From an uncultured Bacteroidota bacterium (GTDB lineage: Bacteria; Bacteroidota; Bacteroidia; Bacteroidales; WCHB1-69): a stretch of DNA of 64,000 bases. The stretch is taken from positions 941-64,940 of the forward strand of contig CADADB010000015.1 of assembly GCA_902786595.1 (NCBI GenBank), in the 5' to 3' direction. Numbering within the stretch: the stretch's first letter is position 1; every line of letters starts with the position of its first letter. Shown here one piece after another: positions 10,936-22,683 of the stretch. A program made the translations under genes and the position numbers. The notes beneath the pieces were generated by a model. That model ran no database searches, was not told the DNA's origin, and was given only the letters and a program-made list of their open reading frames with translations.

Positions 10936-11103
10936 ATGAAGGCAGTTTTGCGTTATTTCATGTTGTTGGCGGCGCTACTGATACCTATTACCTTCTCCTC
11001 GCTAAAACAACGTTTCCCAATTGTGGTGGGCATCACCCTTGGCGTGACGCTCGCCTATTGGGGCATGTACTTCTGGATGAAAAAGAAAGGGAAACAACAA
11101 TAA
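10936..11103 (+). CDS. Small 55-aa two-helix membrane protein (not in the supplied ORF track)
   Basis: The ATG lies 1 nt after the valS TAG. Translation by hand: MKAVLRYFMLLAALLIPITFSSLKQRFPIVVGITLGVTLAYWGMYFWMKKKGKQQ*. Two hydrophobic stretches and a basic tail. Confidence 0.45.
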   Translation: MKAVLRYFMLLAALLIPITFSSLKQRFPIVVGITLGVTLAYWGMYFWMKKKGKQQ

Positions 11104-11149
11104 TTTGCGTTTTGTAAATCAGTATTCGTAGTTGATACCTGCTAGATAT

Positions 11150-11221
11150 GGCTTTTAGCTATTGGCTTTTGGCTATTAGCTTTCGTTTATATGCAAAAGC
11201 TAATGGCTAATAGCCAACAGC
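11150..11221. repeat. Inverted heptamer word arrays (RGCTWTT x5 / complement x4) forming a long imperfect hairpin
   Basis: Left arm ggctttt agctatt ggctttt ggctatt agctttc; loop; right arm caaaagc taatggc taatagc caacagc. Confidence 0.8.
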
Positions 11222-11256
11222 TAAAGTATAAGACATAGTTTTATGGATAATATAGG

Positions 11257-11284
11257 GTAGAGACGTTTCATGAAACGTCTCTAC
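11257..11284. repeat. 28-bp perfect palindrome GTAGAGACGTTTCATGAAACGTCTCTAC (copy 1)
   Basis: The first 14 nt are the exact reverse complement of the last 14 nt. The right end supplies the TAG stop of the lolE-like gene. Confidence 0.9.
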
Positions 11285-12510
11285 TCGAATTGTACCGCTT
11301 TTACTGGAGATATTTTTTTGCTGATAACCCATGCGGGTACGATGAGCACGAGCATGCACGCCACGAAAACCCCGATGTTCAGCAATAGAACTTCCCATAA
11401 TTGATACTTGATGGGTACGAAATTCACGTAATATGTCTCTGGATCTAATTTGACGAGATGGAATTTTTGCTGTAACACCCCTAGGCCGAGTCCGATGAGG
11501 TCTCCAATCAATAGTCCTTGCAATAAGGTGCGGCCTGCCACCATCAAAAAGGTGTGAACCACGTGTTTTGTTTTCATTCCCAGGGTCTTAAGGATACCGA
11601 TGAGTCGTGTACGCTCTAAGATGATGATGAAAAAGATAGACATCATGGTAATCATGCAGACGCAGGTTGTGATGATGAGCAGTACGGAAACATTGGTGTC
11701 GAACAAGGCAATCCAGTCGAATATTTCCGGGTAAATTTGTTTCACAGTTTCCGCTTTCAGGTTCATATCTATTTGATGGTGAATGTTTTCGCCAATTTCA
11801 TCAATTTTGCTATAATCGTTTGTGAGCACTTCCACGCCACTTACCTGCAGAGAGTCCCAATCGTTTAGTTTTTGCACGTGACGCAAATCCACTATTGCAA
11901 ATTTTGCATCATATTCGGGTAAACCTGTTTCATAAATTCCTGAGAGTGTGAAACTTCGTTGTCTTGGTGGATCCTGCACAAAGTAAGTACGAACTTTGTC
12001 GCCCAACTTGATTTGCAGCTTGTCAGTCAATTGTTTAGAAAGGATGATGTAATTGTTGACAATGGTGTCGTTTAGTTGCAAAGTGTCCCCTTCCACCAGA
12101 TTATGTGCGAATTGTCGGCCATTGAATGAAGCGTCCACACCTTTCAACACAATACCTTCCACTTGGTTGGGTGTTTTGATGATACCCACTTTTGTGGCGT
12201 AAGGTTGGATGGAACACACTTCCGGATTACGCCGCAAATCTTGTAACAGTGTATCATTCAAAGTAATGGGGGTTTGCTCATGAGAGTAGTTGCGGTCGTA
12301 GTGCGAAATGCGTATATGTTGGCCCATGGCCACCACCTTTTCCTCAATCACTTGCTTGTAGCCCGCTGTGACACCTATGGCTGTCAGCATGATAACAACA
12401 CCAAGCGCGACACCGAATACCGAAAGGCGGATAATCGGTTTGGCGAAACGATTGCCTTTTTCGCGCAAGATGCGATGCGCCAATTGCCAGTGAAAGGAAA
12501 ATTGAGACAT
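11281..12510 (-). CDS. FtsX-like ABC transporter permease, LolC/LolE (lipoprotein release) family
   Basis: 409 aa. N-terminal TM helix, then a large periplasmic domain, then three C-terminal TM helices (FtsX fold). Confidence 0.8.
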   Translation of the reverse strand: MSQFSFHWQLAHRILREKGNRFAKPIIRLSVFGVALGVVIMLTAIGVTAGYKQVIEEKVVAMGQHIRISHYDRNYSHEQTPITLNDTLLQDLRRNPEVCSIQPYATKVGIIKTPNQVEGIVLKGVDASFNGRQFAHNLVEGDTLQLNDTIVNNYIILSKQLTDKLQIKLGDKVRTYFVQDPPRQRSFTLSGIYETGLPEYDAKFAIVDLRHVQKLNDWDSLQVSGVEVLTNDYSKIDEIGENIHHQIDMNLKAETVKQIYPEIFDWIALFDTNVSVLLIITTCVCMITMMSIFFIIILERTRLIGILKTLGMKTKHVVHTFLMVAGRTLLQGLLIGDLIGLGLGVLQQKFHLVKLDPETYYVNFVPIKYQLWEVLLLNIGVFVACMLVLIVPAWVISKKISPVKAVQFE

Positions 12511-12526
12511 AATTTATTATGACTTT

Positions 12527-12600
12527 GGCCATTAGCTATTGGCTGTTAGCTGGTGGTTCGTATCTGAAAGCCAATAGCCAACAGCTAATAGCTAAAAGCT
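12527..12600. repeat. Inverted heptamer word arrays of the same AGCCAAT/AGCTAAT family
   Basis: Left arm ggccatt agctatt ggctgtt agctggt; loop; right arm aatagcc aacagct aatagct aaaagct. It begins 17 nt upstream of the lolE-like start. Confidence 0.8.
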
Positions 12601-12630
12601 GTATCTGATAGAAAACAGGGGTAAATAAAT

Positions 12631-12667
12631 ACACAGTAGAGGCAGGCGCATCCTGTCTCTACTGTGT
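12631..12667 (-). terminator. Hairpin terminator after pta, sharing the GTAGAG...CTCTAC core
   Basis: acacagtagaggcagg-cgcat-cctgtctctactgtgt (16-bp stem, 1 mismatch). A T-rich tail follows on the minus strand. Confidence 0.6.
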
Positions 12668-12676
12668 GTTTATCGA

Positions 12677-13684
12677 TTAAAACGTGTTGCCAGCTGCTTG
12701 GCAGGCGGTGATAGCCACAAGACTTACGATGTCTTCCACGGAACAACCGCGAGAGAGGTCGTTAATAGGCGCTGCCATACCTTGCATGACAGGGCCGACG
12801 GCATCGGCACCTGCGAAACGTTGTACCAGCTTGTAAGCGATGTTACCAGTCTCTAATGAAGGGAACACCAACACGTTGGCTTTGCCTGCGACAGGGCTGC
12901 CGGGAGCTTTTTGAGCACCCACGGACGGGATGATAGCGGCGTCGGCCTGCAACTCACCGTCAATCACGAGGTTGGGATCCATCTCCTTGGCGATACGGGT
13001 GGCGTTGACCACTTTATCGACCAGTTCGTGTTTTGCGGAACCCTTCGTAGAGAAGCTCAGCATGGCCACGCGCGGCTCGATGCCGGCGATGGTGCGGGCG
13101 GTTTGAGCCGTGACGACCGCGATTTGAGCGAGCTTGTTCTCGTCGGTGTTCGGGTCAGCGGCACAATCGGCGAAGACCATTACGCCGTCATCGCCCCATT
13201 TCTTGTCTTGGAAACACATAATGAAGGCGCCGGAAACCACAGAGATACCGGGTAAAGTCTTGACAATTTGGAAGGCCGGACGGAGCACATCGCCGGTAGC
13301 GTGCTGTGCGCCAGTCACTTCACCGTCAACATCCTTGTTCTTGATGAGCAGGGTGGCCAAGTAAAGCGGATCTTCGACTTTCTTGAGGGCTTCTTCCATC
13401 GTCATGCCCTTGTTTTTGCGGATTTCATACAGCATATTAGCATAGAAATCCTTTTTGGGATTATTTAACGGGTCGATGATGTCTGCTTTTGCGATGTTCT
13501 TGAGACCCCATTCAGCGGCTTTGGCCTCGATGTTGGCCTTGTTGCCTAACAAAGTGATGGCAGCATAACCGTTTTCAATGATGATGTCGGCTGCTTTTAA
13601 GTTTCTTTCTTCCTCACCTTCGGCCAAAACAATACGTTTGTTGGCCTTCTTGGCATTTTCCTTGATTTTTTCGATAATGTTCAT
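12677..13684 (-). CDS. pta: Phosphate acetyltransferase
   Basis: 335 aa. MNIIEKIKENAKKANKRIVLAEGEEERNLKAA... and the C-terminal ...NDLSRGCSVEDIV are typical of Pta. Confidence 0.92.
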   Translation of the reverse strand: MNIIEKIKENAKKANKRIVLAEGEEERNLKAADIIIENGYAAITLLGNKANIEAKAAEWGLKNIAKADIIDPLNNPKKDFYANMLYEIRKNKGMTMEEALKKVEDPLYLATLLIKNKDVDGEVTGAQHATGDVLRPAFQIVKTLPGISVVSGAFIMCFQDKKWGDDGVMVFADCAADPNTDENKLAQIAVVTAQTARTIAGIEPRVAMLSFSTKGSAKHELVDKVVNATRIAKEMDPNLVIDGELQADAAIIPSVGAQKAPGSPVAGKANVLVFPSLETGNIAYKLVQRFAGADAVGPVMQGMAAPINDLSRGCSVEDIVSLVAITACQAAGNTF

Positions 13685-13720
13685 TGTTTGTTGAATTGTT
13701 TATTTGATGTTTTTTACAAT

Positions 13721-13769
13721 AGTGATCAGTGAATAGTGATTAGTGAAGAGTGAATAGTGAATAGTGAGC
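13721..13769. repeat. Heptamer array AGTGAAT x7 (49 nt)
   Basis: agtgatc agtgaat agtgatt agtgaag agtgaat agtgaat agtgagc. It lies between the pta -7 box and the pta start, so it is in the predicted 5' leader. Confidence 0.9.
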
Positions 13770-13783
13770 GGAGAGCAGTTGGT

Positions 13784-13824
13784 AGTCATAGTCAATCCCG
13801 AGTCATAGTCATAATCAATCTCGG
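13784..13824. repeat. Hexamer-based array AGTCAT
   Basis: agtcat agtcaa tcccg agtcat agtcat aatcaa tctcgg. Confidence 0.7.
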
Positions 13825-13827
13825 CCG

Positions 13828-13835
13828 CAAAGATA
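13828..13835 (-). promoter_or_regulatory. -7 box TATCTTTG for pta
   Basis: The reverse complement of caaagata matches TAnnTTTG. It predicts a leader of about 140 nt. Confidence 0.5.
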
Positions 13836-13995
13836 CATTATTTTCGGTTTTGCGGCGCGAACTCCGAAAATCTGCGAAATTTGAAAATAAAATTAACTAA
13901 TAGTTGTTAAAATATTATATCGTAATTTATAATTTATTGAGTATCAGAATCAAAAAAAATTACAAAAACCCTTGACAAGACGGGCATTCTCATTG

Positions 13996-14003
13996 TATAT
14001 TTG
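13996..14003 (+). promoter_or_regulatory. -7 box TATATTTG
   Basis: TAnnTTTG match, 21 nt upstream of the ATG at 14024. Confidence 0.5.
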
Positions 14004-14023
14004 TTGCACTAAATTTTAATAAT

Positions 14024-14479
14024 ATGAAAAAGAAAAATGAAGAAATTTTACCCGAAGAGGGTTGCGGCACAAAGATGCCTGCGGAAAATGTAGCAACGAA
14101 TGAAGTTGCCAAAAACGAAACGGTCAACGAAGAGACGGCTGAAGAGGATCAGGAGGAAGAAGATTCTCCCGATCAGGACGGGGAAATGGAGTTCCATGCC
14201 TCCAAGAAGGATTTCCTGCTGTTCATGCACAAACTTCTCCGATTGATGAAAGACGTTGTCTTTCTGAACCATAGCTTGGATGAATTTGAGAAAGACCCGA
14301 TTTTCGACCTGCTCTTTGACCTCAGCAAGGTGCATCTCAAAGAGATGAACGATTCTTCCAAAGAGCAGAAGTCGCCAGGCGAGGACAGCGAAGATGATGA
14401 GAAAGATGATCGTGACGATGACGACGACATCATCACGGAGGCGTTCATCAGCTTGAAAGTGAAGAAGTTAAAAGATTAG
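14024..14479 (+). CDS. Highly acidic hypothetical protein (151 aa)
   Basis: By hand count roughly 30% Asp+Glu. Acidic low-complexity tails (EEDQEEEDSPDQD; EDSEDDEKDDRDDDDD) flank a hydrophobic helical core. No signal peptide. Confidence 0.6.
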   Translation: MKKKNEEILPEEGCGTKMPAENVATNEVAKNETVNEETAEEDQEEEDSPDQDGEMEFHASKKDFLLFMHKLLRLMKDVVFLNHSLDEFEKDPIFDLLFDLSKVHLKEMNDSSKEQKSPGEDSEDDEKDDRDDDDDIITEAFISLKVKKLKD

Positions 14480-14532
14480 CGTCTTTTTAACGACTTTGAC
14501 AGGAATCGTTCGCACTATTTGCAGAAATTGAT

Positions 14533-14595
14533 GCGGAAAAGCGGAAACATGCGGAAACATTTCTGCACTTTTCCGCCTTTCCGCACTTTTTCCGC
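14533..14595. repeat. Inverted GCGGAAA word arrays (3 + 3) between convergent genes
   Basis: gcggaaaa gcggaaacat gcggaaacat ... ttttccgc ctttccgc actttttccgc. Confidence 0.75.
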
Positions 14596-14605
14596 AACAC
14601 ATTCC

Positions 14606-15529
14606 TTAATCTCCTAAAGAATAGCCGAAGCGTTTCATCTGTAGCTCGTTGTTGCGCCAGTCTTTGAGGACCTTGACGGACAGGTCGAGGAAGACATGCT
14701 TTTGCAGGAAGTCTTCGATGGAAAGTCTCGCATCTGTACCTAATTTCTTAATGGCTGAACCTTTGCTGCCGATGATGATGGCCTTCTGCGTGGAGCGTTC
14801 CACGTAGAGGGTCGCGGCTATCCGGATGAGGTCGGGCTCCTCTTTGTAGCTCTCCACGACCACTTCCACACTGTAGGGAATCTCCTTCTTGTACTGCAGC
14901 AGGATCTGCTCGCGGATGAGTTCCGACACGAAGAAGCGCATCGGGCGGTCAGTGAGGGCATCCTTCGGGAAGTAGGGCGGGCACTCGGGAAGCAGTTCGA
15001 TGATGCGGTTGCGCACGGCCTCGATGTTCACGCCCTTCAACGCGGAGATGGCAAACACATCTGCGGTCGGGAGAATCGACTGCCAGTGGTTCTTCGATTC
15101 CTCCACTTGCTCTTCAGTGTATTTATCGGTCTTGTTGATGATGAACACGACGGGGATTCCCATCTTGTTGATCTTTTCGACGAGTTGCTCGTTGTATCTG
15201 GTCTCTCCGCACTCGATGAGGTAGAGGATGATGTCGGCGTCCTGCAGCGAGTCAGTGACGAACTTCATCATGTACTTCTGCATCATGTAGGCGGGGTCGA
15301 GCACGCCCGGCAGGTCGGAATAGACAATCTGGTAGTCGTCGCCGTTGACGATGCCCTTGATTCGGTGGCGGGTGGTCTGCGCCTTGGAGGTCATGATGGA
15401 GACCTTCTCACCCACCAGTTGGTTCATAAGGGTGCTTTTCCCCACATTGGGGTTGCCGATGATGTTCACGAAGCCCGCACGATGCGGAATATTCTGGGTG
15501 TTTGTATATTGGTTGTCCATAGTGTTCAA
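14606..15529 (-). CDS. era: GTPase Era
   Basis: G1 GNPNVGKST, G3 DLPG, G4 NKTD, and a C-terminal KH domain; 307 aa. Confidence 0.93.
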   Translation of the reverse strand: MNTMDNQYTNTQNIPHRAGFVNIIGNPNVGKSTLMNQLVGEKVSIMTSKAQTTRHRIKGIVNGDDYQIVYSDLPGVLDPAYMMQKYMMKFVTDSLQDADIILYLIECGETRYNEQLVEKINKMGIPVVFIINKTDKYTEEQVEESKNHWQSILPTADVFAISALKGVNIEAVRNRIIELLPECPPYFPKDALTDRPMRFFVSELIREQILLQYKKEIPYSVEVVVESYKEEPDLIRIAATLYVERSTQKAIIIGSKGSAIKKLGTDARLSIEDFLQKHVFLDLSVKVLKDWRNNELQMKRFGYSLGD

Positions 15530-15532
15530 TGT

Positions 15533-16309
15533 TTAGGAATGTAAAATAGGTTCGGTGTCCTTTGTGCCAAAGGTCACGTAGCTGAAATGCTCCAGCCAGT
15601 CGCCGGTATTGAAGAAAAGACGGCTTGGTGCAAGCTCGTAACGCATGGGAATGTGCCGGTGCGCGAAGATGAAGTATTCCACGTCTGTGGTTTGCAACAA
15701 CTCACGGGCGAACTGCACCTGGCACTCGTCCTCCCCTTTGAAGACGAACATGTTATCATCGTGGGAGTTACGGCTTTTTTCAGAAAAGAAACGTGAAATG
15801 GCGAACGATTGCCTCGGGTGTAACATACTGTACAGCCGCTGGTTGAACTTGCTGTTGAAAATCCGCTTGATAAGCAGATATTTGCGCTGTTTTCCGCCCA
15901 GTCCGTCACCGTGGCCCACGAAACAACGGTGTCCGTTAATGTTCACCAGCTGTGCCTCATGATAGACGGCAGCGCCGAAGGTCTGCGTGAAATAGTCCTC
16001 CACCCACATATCATGGTTGCCCGTAAAATAATGGATTTCAACGCCTTGCGTATGCAATTCCTTCAAAAAGGCAAACAGGGTAACATATCCTTTCGGCACC
16101 ACGTCGCGGTACTCGAACCAGTAATCGAAGATGTCGCCTAAAAGGAAAATATGGTGAAGGTTACCATTCTGACTTTTGAGCAGCTGCACGAGCTTGAGTT
16201 CCCGTTCTTCGCTGGCGGCATCCGGCGGGGTGCGGAAATGCGCGTCCGACACGAACAGACAGTTGCCGTGGAGCTCAATCGGATCAGAAAGCGGAGTTGT
16301 TTTTTTCAC
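15533..16309 (-). CDS. lpxH: UDP-2,3-diacylglucosamine hydrolase (LpxH-type metallophosphoesterase)
   Basis: SDAHF, GDIFDYWFEY, GNHD and GHGD motifs. The start is GTG at 16309, with no in-frame ATG nearby. Confidence 0.8.
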   Translation of the reverse strand: MKKTTPLSDPIELHGNCLFVSDAHFRTPPDAASEERELKLVQLLKSQNGNLHHIFLLGDIFDYWFEYRDVVPKGYVTLFAFLKELHTQGVEIHYFTGNHDMWVEDYFTQTFGAAVYHEAQLVNINGHRCFVGHGDGLGGKQRKYLLIKRIFNSKFNQRLYSMLHPRQSFAISRFFSEKSRNSHDDNMFVFKGEDECQVQFARELLQTTDVEYFIFAHRHIPMRYELAPSRLFFNTGDWLEHFSYVTFGTKDTEPILHS

Positions 16310-16313
16310 GCGG

Positions 16314-16321
16314 CAAAGATA
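16314..16321 (-). promoter_or_regulatory. -7 box TATCTTTG ending 4 nt before the lpxH GTG
   Basis: The reverse complement of caaagata matches TAnnTTTG. The spacing predicts a TSS at, or 1 nt from, the start codon. Confidence 0.4.
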
Positions 16322-16331
16322 CGATTTTAAT

Positions 16332-16359
16332 GGTTATAGGTTATTGGTTATGGGTTATT
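16332..16359. repeat. Heptamer array GGTTATN x4
   Basis: ggttata ggttatt ggttatg ggttatt, between two divergent starts. Confidence 0.85.
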
Positions 16360-16404
16360 GAAGCAAGATTTTTCCATAATCAATGTCCCATTGGTCAAAA
16401 AATG

Positions 16405-16412
16405 TATTTTTG
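16405..16412 (+). promoter_or_regulatory. -7 box TATTTTTG ending 4 nt before the ATG at 16417
   Basis: TAnnTTTG match. The spacing predicts a leaderless mRNA. Confidence 0.4.
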
Positions 16413-16416
16413 CGGG

Positions 16417-17472
16417 ATGAAAAAAAGACAGCTGTTTCGAATGGTATCCGTTATGCGCACTTTTTTTGTGTTTTTCGGTTTTTTTATCGCCACGACAGGG
16501 ACCATTTTGGCGCAGGTGTGCGGTTGCACAGATTCGCAAGCCGTCAACTATAATGCCGATGCAACCATCAACGACGGCAGCTGCAAATACGCACATACGA
16601 CGTTCAGGGCTGAAGTTTTAGGCACGCTGGACTCTTTAGTAGATGGTTCCTCCTCTCTGTTCTATTGGCAAAACGGTTTATGGACTTATAACGACCACGC
16701 AAATAATTGCATCTATCTGATTGACAGTACAAATGCATCCATAACGGATGCGTTGTGTGTCAAAAGAATCAAAAATCAAGATACGGAGGAAATTGCCCAG
16801 GACAGTCTCTATCTGTATTTCGGGGATTTTGGAAACAACAGCGGGCGCAGGAAAAATCTCCAGATTTTGCGAGTGAACAAAGAATCATTCGCAAAGCAAG
16901 TGTTCCAGATAGATACGATACGGTTTTCTTACGAAGACCAAACCGATTTCACGGCTCGGTTGAATGCCACTGATTTTGACTGCGAGGCCTTTATCGTCAC
17001 GGATGACAGCATCTATCTCTTTACTAAACAGTGGGTTTCTGCTCAGACCACCGTTTACAGTCTCCCCAAAACGCCTGGAATCCATGTTGCGCACCGGCGC
17101 GACACCTACAACACAAAGGGATTAATCACGGGAGCAACTTACATTCCTGAATACCAACTGGTTGTTCTGTGTGGCTACGACTATGACAAAAACCATATTT
17201 TGTCAGCACTTCATCCGTTCCTTATCCTGCTGTATGATTTTAAGGATGGTTCTTTCTTCTCCGGAAATAAACGGCGCTTGGACTTTCCTTCCGGGACCAA
17301 GGCGCAAATCGAGGCCATTACCACGTCTAACGGATTGGATTTCTATCTCACCAGTGAACATTTCCATACCACCCGAATGGGTCTGACCTTCGACTTTCCC
17401 GCGCAGTTGTGGCGAGTGGATTTGAGGAAATATCTGTTGCCGTATCTGAAGTCAAAATCAAAGAACGATTGA
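16417..17472 (+). CDS. Secreted hypothetical protein with an N-terminal Cys-rich CGCTD..NYN..NDGSC motif
   Basis: Signal peptide MKKRQLFRMVSVMRTFFVFFGFFIATTGTILAQ. Start trimmed from 16297 to the ATG at 16417. The rest is beta-rich and I recognise no catalytic motif. Confidence 0.65.
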   Translation: MKKRQLFRMVSVMRTFFVFFGFFIATTGTILAQVCGCTDSQAVNYNADATINDGSCKYAHTTFRAEVLGTLDSLVDGSSSLFYWQNGLWTYNDHANNCIYLIDSTNASITDALCVKRIKNQDTEEIAQDSLYLYFGDFGNNSGRRKNLQILRVNKESFAKQVFQIDTIRFSYEDQTDFTARLNATDFDCEAFIVTDDSIYLFTKQWVSAQTTVYSLPKTPGIHVAHRRDTYNTKGLITGATYIPEYQLVVLCGYDYDKNHILSALHPFLILLYDFKDGSFFSGNKRRLDFPSGTKAQIEAITTSNGLDFYLTSEHFHTTRMGLTFDFPAQLWRVDLRKYLLPYLKSKSKND

Positions 17473-17517
17473 TTTAATTATTATTCAAACAACCATCTCT
17501 CAATTGCCGAAAAAAAG

Positions 17518-17525
17518 TAATTTTG
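17518..17525 (+). promoter_or_regulatory. -7 box TAATTTTG
   Basis: TAnnTTTG match, 35 nt upstream of the ATG at 17560. Confidence 0.45.
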
Positions 17526-17559
17526 CATCGACAAAAGTATAACCAAAATATATAACATT

Positions 17560-18096
17560 ATGAAAAATTTCAAGAATCATGTAATCCTTTTCTTTCTTGT
17601 TATGGTAATGGCAGGCGGTGTTTTCGCCCAGGCCCCGTACAAGCACAGCATCGGCGTTACTGCCGGCAATTTTGAAGCTTTTTCCTATAAGACCTTCTTC
17701 ACAAACCATCTGGCCTTGCAGCTTGATTTCGGCTACAAATACACCATTGGTTCCAATTACTATGTCCATGCAAGGGGGATCTCTTCTTTGGAGATTAATC
17801 CCAATCTAATGTACGAAGGTCACTTTACCAAAGGTCTCTACGGATTTATCGGCGGGGGGCTCAGCTTGGGCTACTCCTGGTACTGGGCCGGTTATGACAG
17901 CTGGTTTTATAATACCCGGTATCGTGATTACGGCAAGTTCGGTGTGAATGGCATCTTTGGTCTGGAGTACAAGTTCAACATTCCGCTGACGCTGCAGTTC
18001 GACTTCCGACCTGGTTACGGAATGCTCTTCACCGATGATGTTGCCGATAATTATTTCGACTGGAGCTTAAATGTTGGCGTGCGCTATACGTTCTAA
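17560..18096 (+). CDS. Small outer-membrane beta-barrel protein (OmpW/porin-like fold)
   Basis: Signal peptide ...AGGVFAQ, alternating aromatic/Gly beta-strand pattern, C-terminal ...GVRYTF. Confidence 0.7.
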   Translation: MKNFKNHVILFFLVMVMAGGVFAQAPYKHSIGVTAGNFEAFSYKTFFTNHLALQLDFGYKYTIGSNYYVHARGISSLEINPNLMYEGHFTKGLYGFIGGGLSLGYSWYWAGYDSWFYNTRYRDYGKFGVNGIFGLEYKFNIPLTLQFDFRPGYGMLFTDDVADNYFDWSLNVGVRYTF

Positions 18097-21930
<3,834 letters not shown>

Positions 21931-22028
21931 ATTTTGGCAATCGGTTGTTGTCTAATGCGTGTTTTTTGAAAAAAAAACTAAAAAAGTATTTTTAAGAATT
22001 TTTAAGACATCACCGTTTGAAAAAAGTA

Positions 22029-22036
22029 TATTTTTG
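22029..22036 (+). promoter_or_regulatory. -7 box TATTTTTG
   Basis: TAnnTTTG match, 69 nt upstream of the ATG at 22105. Confidence 0.45.
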
Positions 22037-22104
22037 CACTTTGAAATAAAAGGCAAGAAAGTAATTAAAAACAATAATTTATTAACCCTAAAAAAATCAA
22101 AAAA

Positions 22105-22647
22105 ATGAAAAAAGTATTAAGCGTATTGGCTGTTGCAGCCCTGTTTTTAGTTGGTATTACCAGCTGTACTCAAGAAAAAACCGCTACCGAAATGCTGACC
22201 CAAAAGAACGGTTGGGTGCTTTCTTCTGCAACTTCTGCTCCTGCTTACCATTTGAGCGATGGTAGTTTTGCCACCGATCTGATGACTGAGGGATATCTTA
22301 TGGCTTGGGAACTTGATGACATCATTGTCTTCAATGAAAACGGATCTCATCTTTTGAAACCTGGTAAAAACGTTCCCGAAAGCGCAGCTGATGGTTTTGT
22401 TGCAGAAACATCTCTGGGCAACTGGTCATTTGACAATGTCGAGAATCCTGAATTCATTTTTATGCAAGTTCCTTTCTTGTTTGACTATGATGCAGAAGGC
22501 AACTTCACCTTTGATGCTGCAGTTGAAAAATGCCAGGTTCTCTCCCTCACAGAGAATGAGCTGAGAATCAAATGCACGATCGACGACACCGAAAATCCTG
22601 CAAAAGATGTGTATTCTTTCACTTTGACTTACGTTCCCGCTAAGTAA
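22105..22647 (+). CDS. Lipoprotein, hypothetical (lipocalin-like size)
   Basis: Signal peptide with lipobox LVGITSC; 180 aa. Confidence 0.65.
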   Translation: MKKVLSVLAVAALFLVGITSCTQEKTATEMLTQKNGWVLSSATSAPAYHLSDGSFATDLMTEGYLMAWELDDIIVFNENGSHLLKPGKNVPESAADGFVAETSLGNWSFDNVENPEFIFMQVPFLFDYDAEGNFTFDAAVEKCQVLSLTENELRIKCTIDDTENPAKDVYSFTLTYVPAK

Positions 22648-22683
22648 TTAACCCGAGCAAAATCACTTTAAATTTAGAATAAA

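Noticed and set aside
13843-13877. The inverted repeat attttcgg-N17-ccgaaaat between the divergent pta and acidic-protein promoters, considered as an operator.
   Set aside because: It has only 8-bp arms in an AT-rich spacer, which is within chance expectation, and no second copy was found in the window.
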